The position numbers and the translations under genes are program-made. The notes below the pieces were generated by a model. That model made no database searches. It had not been told where the DNA came from and worked only from the letters and a program-made list of their open reading frames with translations. 64,000 nt of DNA from an uncultured bacterium (lineage in GTDB: Bacteria; Zhuqueibacterota; QNDG01; DTFT01): contig CAVTNR010000002.1 in the NCBI GenBank assembly GCA_963736115.1, positions 96,001 to 160,000 on the forward strand. The letters run 5' to 3'. Positions 38,801-50,069 of this stretch are shown in pieces; the stretch's first letter is position 1, and every line of letters begins with the position of its first letter.

Positions 38801-41800
38801 TCGTTCCCCACCGGGTTGCCGATGGCGTCGACGATCTGCGCGGAGATGGGAACGGCCAGCGGCTTGCCGGCCATGCCGGTAAGCCGGACGGCCGAGACGG
38901 GCTTGAGGGAATCCGCGTCGGACGATTTGCTCCAGATGTGAAACACGATGGGCGTGCCCGTGGAATCGGTGAGCACGTTCAGCCCGTTGTTCGCGTTGAC
39001 TTCAATGACATTGTCCACGCCGGCCTTGGTGCCGGCGATGTAGTCGATGGATGCAATGCCGTTCTCGTTGGTGTATACGGTCGCCTTCGGTGCTTGGTCG
39101 CCGGTGAAGCGGCCGTACCCCCCGTCCGGATTGCGAATTCCACGGGCTGGCCCATGACGGGCAGGCGCGACGCGTCGACCATCCGAACGGCCAGCGGATC
39201 GTCCGCCATTTCATTCACCACGACGGTCTGATTGTCGCCGGTGAGCTGGATGAGCCGGACGGCCTTGGAATAGGCCCGTATCGTGAACTTGACGGGCGAA
39301 CCGTCCACCGGCTTGAAGCCGTCCGAGACCTTGGCCTGAACGATGTCCGCATAGGAGCCGCAGATCGACCCGGTCCGGACATTGGTGGAGGCCCAGCCGT
39401 TCGCGTCGGTCAGAACGACGACGGAATCGGTGCTGTCCGTCGCGGTCCGGAAATAGAAGCCGTGTCCATAGGAGCGGAAAATGACAGGCTGGTTCCGGAC
39501 GGAGTTGCCGAAACGGTCCGTCACCCAGACCCGGAGCTTGTTCTGAAGGGAATCCGAAATGGGCGCGTTCTGGCGGTTACTGCCCGCGACCTGAACCCGT
39601 CTCGCCTTGTAGAAGCACGAATCCGTGCCCACGACCGCCTGCAGGGCGCCGATCCGGGCCGTGACCTGAACGATGCCGGCCGTGTTCCCCAGGCGCAGGG
39701 TATCCTGCACTTCGCCCGCCGCATTCGTCAACTTGGGCTGTTTCACGCCCGGCAGGGCCGAGCCCTGCGTCACCTGGAAGGTGACGGCCACGTTCGCCAC
39801 GGGCCGCGACGCGTCGTCCAGCACTTTGGCTTTGATGAAATTCGGCATGATGTCGCCGACATAGTGTTTCCCGGCCGGTACAACTCCGGTCATTTTCTGA
39901 ATGGTCCTGACCAGACCCGTGGTTGTCAGCGCCGAGAAGACGACGTCGGTGCCCGTATACCCGGTGAAAGCGGCCTTGACCTTGTTCGTGGCGCTCTGGA
40001 CGCCGAGTGTGAGCGTGGTCCGGGCCTGGCCGTTGGCGTCGGTCGTGTCCGCGACGGCGCTGAGCGTCCCGTCGCCCTCGGTGATCTGGAAGGTCACGCG
40101 GACGTTCGGCACCTTGTTGCCGTAGGTGTCGTACAGGGTGATGATGAACGGCTTGGGCAGAACGGCGCGGGCCACGCCCGACTGCTCGTCATTGCTCTTG
40201 AACATGGCAACGGGCGTTGCCGCGAGTCCCGTTTCAGTGAACACCGCGCCGTCCCCTTCGGCCACGCCGAAGGGCCGCGCCTGAACCTCGTAGTCCTTGG
40301 CCTTGATGCCCAGGGTCATCTTCGTTCCGACGATCCCGCGGGGGTCGGTGAAAAGCATGTCCACCGCTTCCATGGTGGTCGGCACATAGGTGCCGGACGG
40401 CGTCAGCAGGAGCTTGTCGACCGCGAGGTTCTCATGCAGGCTGGTCAAAATGATTTTATGCAGGCCCCTGGACAGCCTGGCCGTTGCGACCGTGCCGCTG
40501 CCGTTCCGGATGCGGCCCCACTGCCATTGGGACGACGGCGAACTCTGAAAGAGGTTGTTCGTCCAGGGTGTGCCCGACTCCTCCAGCTGGAACTGGAGGG
40601 CGTAATGCGAGGCGTCCGGCACGATGACCCGGATCCAGAAATAATACGTGGTGTCCTTGGGACTGTAGAATGTGAAGCTCGCCTTGCCTTCCCCGCCGCG
40701 TATCGGAGAAACGATGTACTTTCCGCCAGAGGCGCCCGGATTATCCGTGCGGACATAGTAAGGTCCGGAGAAAATGGCCCATTCGGCCTCGATGGGAAGC
40801 CGCTCCATGGGTTCGGGCGGAGCCGTGATCACGGCGCCGTCGGCCGGCGCCTTGATATTGAAAAACACGGGAACGCCGGACAGGGGCGTGTTGTTCGCGT
40901 CGAATACCTGCACCTTCAGGGAATCGGGCAGGTCGCTGCCGACCACGGCGGACTGGCCGTCGCCTCCGACTTTCTGAACACGCGAGGCCGTGGTGGCCTC
41001 GGCCACGGTGATAAAATCGGTCACGTTGTTGATCTGGTTGAGACGGCCCAGCATGATACCCGCGTACTTGGTGGTGCTGTTGTGGCGGATGTCCGGATCG
41101 AACAGGGCGCGGTCCGCGACAGGCAGTCCGTTGAGGTACACATCGAATTTGTGCCCGCCCTCGAAATTCCAGTCCATGACCACGGCCAGCGTGTCGCCGG
41201 CCCTGGGCGGACGGATGGCCCCGGTGTTGTCCCGCAGGGTGTAGGGCACTTCGTCGACCTGGCCGCTCGCGGAGCCATCCACCTCCCCGTTCTCGATGTT
41301 GTACAGGAAAACCCGGTTCGACTGGGTACGCACCCAGAGCAGGTATCCGTCCGCGGCCATGCTCGGAGCGGTGAGCATGAGCGCGAACCCAGCCTGGCCG
41401 ATGCCGGCCGTGGTCGACGACCGGCCCCACACCATTTTCACGATGGACGGGTTGGTGCGGCCCTGGTATACGGCCACGCGGCCCCAGTTGCCGTCCACCT
41501 GATAATTGGTGAGTTCGCCTTCATGTGTCGTGGAATTGTAATCGATGCGGTATTCCGTGCCGTCGATCAGCCAGTCGGAGCCTATGGTCCCGTCCGGCTC
41601 CGTGGGCCGGTTGAAGGTCTCGATGATCTGCCCGGCCGAATTGGTGCGTGCGTACACGGCCGGCGACAGGTCGCCTTTGTTGCCCCAGCCGTCCACCGCG
41701 CGCATGGCGAAGTAGTAGCCGGTGCCCGACTGGAGACCGGTGACGGAAAACACTTCCCAGGTGCCCGATTCCTTGGGCACGGGCGCGCCCGAAACGATAT

Positions 41801-43346
41801 TGGCCCTGGAGAAATCGTTCTCGTTCGTGATGGCGCTGGTGGAATAGCGGATGTCATAGCTCGATGCGGTTCCGATCGATTCGTCGTTTCCGGGCGCGGT
41901 CCACCCCAGAGTGATGGACGTGTTGGTGGTGAATTCCACGGACAGGTCGCCGATGCGGGAGGGCGGAATGATGTCCGGAAGCTGGGACTCGACCATAAAC
42001 CTGTCGATCACCGCGTTGTAGGCCGTTCCGCTTGAATTCTGGTTGAAGAGGATGCCCGAGTACAGGTCCGTCGTGTTGCCGGTCAGCTTGAACCGGTCCC
42101 TCAGGACAATGGCATTTTCATCATCATCGTTCACGACAATGGTGAAATAATTGGCGTCCAGCGCCTGGCGGTAGCTGACCTTGAACACGTCGCCCGGCGC
42201 AAGATTCGTCAGCGGCCAGTTGGTGACGTCCTGACCGTATCCCCAGCCCGCGCGGCCGCCAACCATTGTCTTGATTCGGACGGAATTGTTGTACACCCAG
42301 ACCAGGTATCCATTGGCCGTTGTGCTCGCCGCGTCCAGTCCGACGATGAGCCCGACCTTGTCCGTTTCCGCGGACGTGGTGGACGAGTGCATTTTCATCG
42401 AAACCGTGGTCAGATTCTTGGATGTTGACCAGATCGCCATGTGGTACCAGTCGTCGGCCCCCACGGTCGTGCATTTCAGGCCGCCGCCCGTAGGCGTCTC
42501 GCCCGTGTTGACGATCTGCACGCCCGGCCGGACAACCCATTCGGCCCCGATTGCGGCGCGGTTGAATTCATCCGTGTACGAAGGCTGCATGATCTGCGCC
42601 ACGTAATGATAGAAAATATTGGCCATGGCCAAGTATCCGGAGGAGTTCGGGTGAACCCGGTCGATGTCGTAGTTGTAATAGGTGGTTTTGTTGGCCGCGA
42701 ATGCGGTGTACATGTCGATGATCGTGACCTTGGCGCGCTCCATGGCGGTCAGCTCCGAAACCATGATTTCAAGCGCATTGTTGAATGCAAAGGTCTCGGT
42801 CTCCGTGCCCGGCGTGCTGTATTTCGGTATCACCTTGCAGAGCAGGAGGTTGTCGACATAGGAATTATTCGTGATCTTCTTGACCATGGTGTAGAGCTGG
42901 TTCATCATGGAATTGGGCGTATTGTACGTGCCGATGGCCTGGCCGCTCCCGATGTTGTTCGTGCCGATGTGCAGGATCACGATGTCGGGCTGAAAATTGG
43001 GCCCGTCGAGAACGGCTGCGATGTCTCCTTTCAGGCTGTCCGCACCCAGAAAATTACCGATGGTGCCGCCGTCCAGGTAATAGCCGCGGTTCAGGTCCGT
43101 GTTGTCCGGATCCGTGCCCACGAATACCGTGCTCATGCTGTTGTTCGTGAGCAGGGTATGGAGCGAGCCCCGGTATCCCGAATCGCCGGCTCCGGGCGGA
43201 TTCTGATTGACCTTGCCCCAGGTGATCGAGTCGCCCAGCGGCAGGATTCTGACCTGTGCGGAGATCTGCCCCCCTAAGAGCAAGACCATTCCGTACACGC
43301 GAATTGCGCGCAAAAAGGTCGTGGCGCGGATGTCGGATTTGAACAT
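35866..43346 (-). CDS. giant (~2,490 aa) secreted SGNH hydrolase / Fn3 / Ig-like (Big_1) repeat protein; apparent frameshift in G6 run at 39118-39123
   Basis: GDSIT, IGTNN and DRVHPN SGNH blocks; WTAPGND Fn3; many GDxQxG...PLxVxVxDxxGNPV...TDxxGxA repeats; QNYPNPFNP tail. ORFs 38979-43346 and 35866-39018 join within one Ig repeat. Confidence 0.8.
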
Positions 43347-43401
43347 GGTACCGAATCCTCCTCAGTTCTGCTTCATTTTGGAATAGGTCAAGCCCTTGGC
43401 A

Positions 43402-43417
43402 CGCAAAAGGAATGCCA
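43402..43417 (-). promoter_or_regulatory. sigma54 (-24/-12) promoter
   Basis: Minus strand TGGCATTCCTTTTGCG = GG-N10-GC, near the TGGCAC-N5-TTGC consensus, 56 nt upstream of ATG 43346. Confidence 0.7.
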
Positions 43418-43456
43418 TCTGCGGATAAATAATCTCAGCCGCCATAATTTATTATT

Positions 43457-43469
43457 AATCAAATACTTG
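43457..43469 (+). promoter_or_regulatory. IHF-binding consensus
   Basis: AATCAA-ATAC-TTG exactly matches WATCAANNNNTTR, with an AT tract on its 5' side, 40 bp upstream of the -24 box. Confidence 0.6.
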
Positions 43470-43572
43470 TCGGATGGCCGACAATCCGGGAACAAGCACT
43501 TGCGCTTTGTTTATTGGCGAAAACGAATCAGATGCGCGTTTTTCATCCATGCCGTATTGATGTCTTTTTTAT

Positions 43573-43612
43573 AAAAAAGAAGGTGTCCTTCTTCGAGAAG
43601 GTCACCTTCTTT
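43573..43612 (-). terminator. intrinsic terminator after the GT39-like gene
   Basis: AAAGAAGGTG.CCTTCT-TCG-AGAAGG.CACCTTCTTT stem with a T-run on the minus strand. Confidence 0.75.
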
Positions 43613-43651
43613 ACGATACCTGCGTGATCCCAGCCGCCGGTTCCCCGAATG

Positions 43652-45349
43652 TCACTCCAGGCGTTTGAGAATGGTGATTGTGGGATTGACATAGAACTCC
43701 TGCATGCCCCTGCCGGTGAACACGGCCGCGACCGCGTATCCAGCCGAACCGTCCGTCAATTCCCGGTAATAACGGCTGAGCTCAGGATGAAGCTCCGCGG
43801 TCCGGTTGGAGGCAGAGACCCTGTACCGGTCGTCGTAAAAGCTCGACAGAATGATGTATTCCGGATTCCGGCCCAGAAGCCCTTCCCGGGTGAAAGCCGA
43901 ACGGTTGTCACCCTGGCCGGAATCGGACGCTTCCGATCCGTCCGCACCGGATCCGGCGAGTCCGGGCGAATCCCCCACAAAATCCGGATTGATGCGTTCG
44001 AAAACCAGTCCGGATGGAATCCGCGGCAGGTACATCTTGTAGGAATAAGCCTCTATCCGGCTTCCGGCAGGCATGCGTTCCGCCATCCATTTCTCAGCCC
44101 GGACTCTGGAATCAGCCGTGAAGCTGAGCAGGTTCCGGAACGATCCGAAAGCGGAAAACACAAGAACAGCCGCGACAACAGCCAGAACAGGCCGCTTCAG
44201 CTTCGGTCCGGACAGGACCAGACGGTCGATCAGTATCGCGGCGGACAGGATCAGGAAAGGAACCATGGGCAGTACGTAGCGTATCGCGGTGATGCGCCAG
44301 GTGCCGATATAAAGATAGTAGATCAGGGGAGGAAAAACCGCCAGGGCTTCAACCGCGGACGGCCGAATCATCCATCGGATGAGGAGGCCGACCCAGGCGG
44401 CCAGGACAAGCGGAAACAGAACAGGCCCGAAACATACGCCGAGGAGCTCGAAATTCCCCGCCCAGGCTGAGACACCCGTGAACACCTTGTACCCTTCCTT
44501 CGCGATCACGCTTTGCCTGGAGAGGGTATCCAGAAAAGTGCGGTAATCGAGAAGAGCGAAAGGCGTGGTCATCAGGAATCCGGCGGCCATAAGGCAAGCG
44601 CAGAGAAGAGCCGGCCGGAACGGGATTGCGTCCAAAACCCGCCTGAAGCGGCTCTCCGGACGGCCTTTGCCCGCGCCCTCGGATCCGGCCGTTTTCATTG
44701 CCGCGGTTGTCATGGACGCCAGAAGAATGAACAGGATAACGGCAGTAAAAAGCGCGGCATTGTACTTGACGGACACCGCCATTCCGGCCGTGAAAGCGGC
44801 CAGGGCCAGATCGCGGGTTTTCCGTGTCTCGAGATGCCGAAGGCCGAAAAGCAGGCAGGCCAGAAGCATGGCCAGAAGCGGCACTTCCATGTAGGCGAAA
44901 TGACTGTACGCCGCGTATGCGAGATTGACCGCCAGAAAGAGCGCTGCCAGCCGGGCCGCGGCTTCGCCTGCCATCCGCTTCGCGACGCGGTGCATCAACA
45001 GCACACCGAAGACGCCGGCCATGGCCGTGGCGATGCGGCTGATCAAGCCGAGTTTTCCGACCAGGGCTTCATAATCCGCCGCGGAGATATGGAACAGTTT
45101 GATGGCCGCGAAAACCGGAGACAGGACAGCCAGAAGGAAATAATAATAGAGGGAACCCTTGTTGAAGACATGCGGGTTGAGATCCAGGCTGCGGGCCATG
45201 GGGATGACGATCTGCTCGAGCGTCTCAGGCTCGTCCGGATACCAGAGCGCGGGCAGGCCCCACCGGATTCCGATCAGGCCGAAAGCCAGGGCCAGCACGG
45301 CCGCGGCCGGGGGAAATAGCCGATTGAGCATGGGCTGTTTGCGGTTCAT
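43652..45349 (-). CDS. GT-C fold glycosyltransferase (family 39/ArnT-PMT like)
   Basis: WGLP..WYPDE first-loop motif, SVKYNA, TTPFALLD, RYVLPMVP; many TM helices. Confidence 0.8.
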   Translation of the reverse strand: MNRKQPMLNRLFPPAAAVLALAFGLIGIRWGLPALWYPDEPETLEQIVIPMARSLDLNPHVFNKGSLYYYFLLAVLSPVFAAIKLFHISAADYEALVGKLGLISRIATAMAGVFGVLLMHRVAKRMAGEAAARLAALFLAVNLAYAAYSHFAYMEVPLLAMLLACLLFGLRHLETRKTRDLALAAFTAGMAVSVKYNAALFTAVILFILLASMTTAAMKTAGSEGAGKGRPESRFRRVLDAIPFRPALLCACLMAAGFLMTTPFALLDYRTFLDTLSRQSVIAKEGYKVFTGVSAWAGNFELLGVCFGPVLFPLVLAAWVGLLIRWMIRPSAVEALAVFPPLIYYLYIGTWRITAIRYVLPMVPFLILSAAILIDRLVLSGPKLKRPVLAVVAAVLVFSAFGSFRNLLSFTADSRVRAEKWMAERMPAGSRIEAYSYKMYLPRIPSGLVFERINPDFVGDSPGLAGSGADGSEASDSGQGDNRSAFTREGLLGRNPEYIILSSFYDDRYRVSASNRTAELHPELSRYYRELTDGSAGYAVAAVFTGRGMQEFYVNPTITILKRLE

Positions 45350-45362
45350 GCGCTCTCTCCGC

Positions 45363-46184
45363 TCACCGGCCGGCCAGGCCGGAAAAAGTCGTAAACCGGA
45401 CGCCCTCCGTGCCGGACAGTCTTTTCAGAAATTCTTCCCACGGATCGAGCAGGGATTTCACGATTCGGCCTTTGCCGTCGAAAAAACGCCAGGAATGTAC
45501 CGGAAGCACGAGCGTGTCGGTCACGGAATCAAGCGCCGCTTCCGCGTTCGCTCCGGTCCGGTCGTCGGGAAAGCTGAAATCCACGCCCGGATGCTGGAGG
45601 AGCAGAAATCGTCCCCAGCGCATCACCATGCGGCCTTTCAGTTTATTCAGGAGAAACCGGGGCCACAACCGGGCCGGGATCAGGCCGTGCGGGAACCGGG
45701 ACAGGCAGATACCCGCGTACCGTTTGCGGATTTCCCTGAGCGCGGGACCGGACACCCGGTCGCGAGGAGGCACGAAAAAAACGGGTTTATTGCCGAAAGC
45801 CGCCTCGATCAGCGCCATTCCCCTTTCCAGCCTGGTCGCGATAGCGTCCCGGTCCTGTATGAGGAATTCCGGCGTGCCTGCCACGGCCCCGGCATGCGAC
45901 CATCCGTGCTGGCTGACTTCAATGAATCCGCGTCCGCGTATCGCATTCACCAGTCCGGCGTTCTCCCCGACCGGCCTGGGACCGGACCGGCCCGCAGTGC
46001 CGGCCGGCAGAAAGCCCTCGGGTTCTTCCGGGCCGTGCAGAGCCGAACCGTCCGCTTCCGGAATGACCGCCGCGTTGAACGGGATCCGGTTCCGGATAAG
46101 GAAATCGTGGGCCCGCTCGAATTGCCCGGGGTCCGTGAAAAAGGAGATGTCGTCGTCGCGCACGACGACCGCCATCCGCCTCAC
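45363..46184 (-). CDS. DUF2334 / polysaccharide deacetylase-like protein
   Basis: VRDDDIS, AVIP, QHGWSH and FVPP motifs; GTGA overlap with the GT4 stop. Confidence 0.75.
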   Translation of the reverse strand: MRRMAVVVRDDDISFFTDPGQFERAHDFLIRNRIPFNAAVIPEADGSALHGPEEPEGFLPAGTAGRSGPRPVGENAGLVNAIRGRGFIEVSQHGWSHAGAVAGTPEFLIQDRDAIATRLERGMALIEAAFGNKPVFFVPPRDRVSGPALREIRKRYAGICLSRFPHGLIPARLWPRFLLNKLKGRMVMRWGRFLLLQHPGVDFSFPDDRTGANAEAALDSVTDTLVLPVHSWRFFDGKGRIVKSLLDPWEEFLKRLSGTEGVRFTTFSGLAGR

Positions 46185-47398
46185 CCGTCCGCTCCGTTTT
46201 TCCGGTATAACGCCGCGGCTTTTTTCAGCACGGCCTCCATTTTCCGGCTGTGGCCGTCCCATGTGTACGATTCCAGAACCGTGCGCCTGGCGGCCAGGGA
46301 CAGGCGCTTCCGGAGAGCCGGGGTATCCGCCAGTTGAAGCACCTTTTCGGCGAACGCGCTGGCGTCATCAGGGTCGAACAGGAATCCGTTCCTGCCGTCC
46401 CGGATCACGTCCGTGACCTGGGGCACGGCGGAGGCGACAACGGCCTTCTGCGAAGCCATGTATTCGAACAGCTTCATGGACGAAGGATACCAGAAGGGAT
46501 GCTTCGGATACGGCACCACCACAACATCCATGACGTTGAGGTAACGGGGCACATCCGCGTACGGCACCGTGCCCGTCAGAAAGACGCGGCCGGCCAGTTC
46601 CTGATCCGGGAAATGCGACCGGATGACCTCGCGATTCCGGCCGCCGCCCACGAAAAGCAGAACGATGCGCCTCCGCATTTTCAGAACACGCCTGGAAATG
46701 GCCAGCAGGTTCTCGAGGCCGGACCAGCCGTACAGGGAGCCGATCCATCCGACGACCACGGCGTCCCCGGGTATGCCGAGGCTCCGCCGCGTTTCTTGCC
46801 CCCCGATCATGGGACGGAACTGGTCCGGATCCGCTCCGTTCGGCACCACGGTGATTTTGCCTTCCGGCACGCCGGACCGGACCAGGTAATCCTTCAGCAG
46901 GTCGGAAATGGTGATGATCGCCCGGCAGTTCTTCCAGTTCCAGCGCTCGATCCATTCAGGAAGGGCCGGCCACACCAGCCGCCGGTGCTTCCACATCCGG
47001 CGGTATTCATAGGCAGACGGGCAGTCCACTTCGAGCACCACGGGAACGCGAAGCAGGCGGGCGACCAGTCCGGCGGACAGGTTGTACAGCTCACCCCGGA
47101 GAAAAAGCACGTCGGGTTTTTCAGCGCGGAGAATGCGGAACTCGCGGACCGCGTCGGGCAGGTTGGCCAGGAGCTTCTTCGGGTCATGCAGAAGGTTGGA
47201 GAGCCGCTTTTTCAGCCTGGCCCGTATTTTCAGGCGGATCGAATCGCCTTCGAGATCTTCAGGTTGAACCGAGAGCCAGTGAACCGAAACCCGGTGGCCC
47301 AGCCGCCGCAGTCCGCCGGTGAAACCCAGCGCCTTGTTCGCGGACCCCGCGGAAATCCCCTTGATGTCATAAAGATAGCTGAAATAAGTGATATTCAA
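46181..47398 (-). CDS. glycosyltransferase family 4
   Basis: VVPNGAD, GWIGS, SSMKLFEYMA, DGRNGFL and YTW motifs; TTG start after GGAG. Confidence 0.9.
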   Translation of the reverse strand: MNITYFSYLYDIKGISAGSANKALGFTGGLRRLGHRVSVHWLSVQPEDLEGDSIRLKIRARLKKRLSNLLHDPKKLLANLPDAVREFRILRAEKPDVLFLRGELYNLSAGLVARLLRVPVVLEVDCPSAYEYRRMWKHRRLVWPALPEWIERWNWKNCRAIITISDLLKDYLVRSGVPEGKITVVPNGADPDQFRPMIGGQETRRSLGIPGDAVVVGWIGSLYGWSGLENLLAISRRVLKMRRRIVLLFVGGGRNREVIRSHFPDQELAGRVFLTGTVPYADVPRYLNVMDVVVVPYPKHPFWYPSSMKLFEYMASQKAVVASAVPQVTDVIRDGRNGFLFDPDDASAFAEKVLQLADTPALRKRLSLAARRTVLESYTWDGHSRKMEAVLKKAAALYRKNGADG

Positions 47399-47514
47399 GA
47401 CGGACTCCGAATCCCATTGTTCCGGCAATCGGCAAAGTAAGGAAAATATGGCCGTCCCGCAAGGTGTTTTTGGCGTCTGCCTGCCTGTTCAGGCCCGTAA
47501 AAGTACGGGTACCC

Positions 47515-47543
47515 TTTACTTCGTCCGATTTCTTTCGTATATT
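47515..47543 (+). promoter_or_regulatory. sigma70-type promoter abutting the thrA start codon
   Basis: TTTACT-N17-TATATT, then 6 nt to ATG 47550. Confidence 0.55.
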
Positions 47544-47549
47544 TATTCC

Positions 47550-50011
47550 ATGACAATGAAAATATTGAAATTCGGCGGTTCTTCAATTTCCACTCCTGAG
47601 CGCGTCCAGGGCGTCATGGACATCGTCCTCCGGTCCGCGAAACGCAACCGGAACCGCATCGCCGTTGTGTTTTCCGCATTCGGCGGGGTTACGGACAACC
47701 TCATCAGCCTGAGCCGCGAAGCCGCGGGACATTCGAACGATTACCGGTCCTCATTCGCGGCCCTGAAGAAGCGGCATTCGGACGCGGTGAGGGCCCTCAT
47801 TCCTCCGGAAAAACGGGAAACCGTACAGACGACCGTGTCCGCCATGCTCGACGAGTTGAAGGACACGGTGCACGGTGTGTACCTGGTCAAGGAATGCTCC
47901 GCCAAGACTCTGGATTTCATCATGAGTTTCGGAGAGCGGTTGTCGTCGATCATCATCGCCGAGTCTCTGGCCGGACGCGGGCTGAACGCCGAGTTCTGCG
48001 ACAGCCGGCCCCTGGTGCGGACGGACGACAATTTCGGATCGGCGCGCGTCGATTTCGACGTCACGAACCGGAGAATCCCCGCCCATTTCGCGAAGCAAAA
48101 GGCGATTCAGATCGTCACCGGCTTCATCGGCTCAACCGCCTCGAATGAAACGACCACGCTGGGCAGGGGCGGTTCCGATTACACGGCTTCGGTGCTGGGC
48201 GCGGCGCTGGGTGCATCCGAGATCGAAATCTGGACGGACGTCGACGGCGTCATGACCGCGGATCCGCGCAAGGTGGAAAAGGCCTTTCCCATGCCCTCCC
48301 TGACGTACGCGGAGGCGATGGAGCTTTCCCATTTCGGCGCCAAGGTCATTTATCCGCCCACCATTCAGCCGGCCATGGACAATCGGATTCCGGTCCGCAT
48401 CCTCAACTCCTTCCGCCCCGACTTCGAGGGCACGCTCATCGGCCGCCGGTCGTGTTCCCCTATCCGGTGCGCGGCATTTCGTCCATGGACGACATCGCCC
48501 TGCTCCTGATCGAGGGCGGCGGCATGTTCGGTGTGGTTGGATTCGCCAGCCGGCTGTTCGGCGTCCTGGCCCGCCACCGGATCAATGTCATCCTGATCTC
48601 GCAGGCCTCGTCCGAGCACTCGATCTGCCTCGCCGTGGACCCGCATTCCGGCCGGCCGGCCAAGGCCGTGATCGAGGAGGAATTCAGCCTGGAAATCCAG
48701 GCAAAGAAGCTCGAGCCCGTTTCCGTGGATCCGCACGCGTCCATCGTGGCCGTTGTCGGAGAGAACATGAAGCGGACGCCCGGCATTTCGGGCCGCCTGT
48801 TCCAGGCCCTGGGCCAGAACGGGGTGAATGTCCTGGCCATCGCCCAGGGCTCCTCGGAGCTGAACATCTCCGTAGTGGTACCGAAATCCGACGTTTCGAA
48901 ATCCCTGAACGCCCTGCACGACGCGTTCTTCCTTTCCGGCGCCAGAACCGTGAACCTGTTCGTGCTCGGCACCGGGCTCATCGGCGGCACTCTGCTCCGC
49001 CAGATCCTCGCGCAGAGCGAGTCGCTCCGCGAGGGGCGCGGCCTGGAACTGCGTGTCGTGGCGCTGGGCGACATCCGCGGAATGGTCTTCGACCGGAACG
49101 GCATCGCGCTCGGCTCCTGGCGGGAGACCCTGGACGCCTCGCCGGAGCGCATCGACCTGGAAGCGTTTTTGCACCGGATGAAGACCTTGAACCTGCCCCA
49201 TTCCGTCTTCGTCGACTGCACCGGGAGCGAGGATGTGGTGGGGGCCTACGAGGGCGTCCTCAAGCACAGCATTTCCATTGTCACGCCGAACAAGATCGCG
49301 AATTCCGGTCCTTACGCGCGGTACCGCAGGCTCCGGGAAACCGCTCTCAACCGCGGCGTCCGCTTCCTGTACGAAACCAATGTGGGCGCCGGGCTGCCGG
49401 TGATCAACACGCTGAACGACCTCACCGCAAGCGGCGACACCGTGCTGAAAATAGAAGCCGTGCTTTCGGGAACGCTGAGCTTCATCTTCAACACATTCGG
49501 CCGGGACAAGTCCTTCAGCCGGGCGGTGCGGGAGGCGAAGACGCTCGGCCTCTCCGAACCGGATCCGCGCGACGATCTGTCCGGACGCGACGTGGGCCGC
49601 AAACTCCTGATTCTCGCGCGCGAAACCGGCCTGGCACTCGAGCCTTCGGACGTGGACGTGGAAAACATCCTGCCCGAAAAGTGCCGGCGCGCATCCACGG
49701 TCGAGGCGTTCTTCCGCGAGCTGGAGAAATCGGACGGCCTCTTCGAGGAACGCCGTAGGCAGGCGGAGTCGCGGGGGAACGTCCTCCGGTACATCGGCAC
49801 GGTCGCGGACGGCAGGGCCGGCGTGTCCCTGTCCGAGGCGGGCCCGGACCATCCCTTCTTCTCGCTGTCCGGCAGCGACAACATGATCGTGTTTACGACC
49901 GAGCGGTACCGGGAAAGGCCGCTCGTCGTCAAAGGGCCCGGCGCGGGCGCCGAGGTCACGGCCGCGGGCGTATTCGCGGACATTCTGAGAATCGCCAGCG
50001 CGATGTCGTAA
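47550..50011 (+). CDS. thrA: bifunctional aspartokinase/homoserine dehydrogenase; apparent frameshift at ~48450
   Basis: KFGGSS, TTLGRGGSDYTA, WTDVDGV, two ACT domains (SQASSEHSI, AQGSSELNIS), GTGLIG, YETNVGAGLP, EPDPRDDLSG, GPGAGAEVTA. Confidence 0.9.
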
Positions 50012-50069
50012 ACCCCGGGGACCGCCGCGGACGGCCCGATCAAGAAACCTGCACAAGAGGAATCCATTG

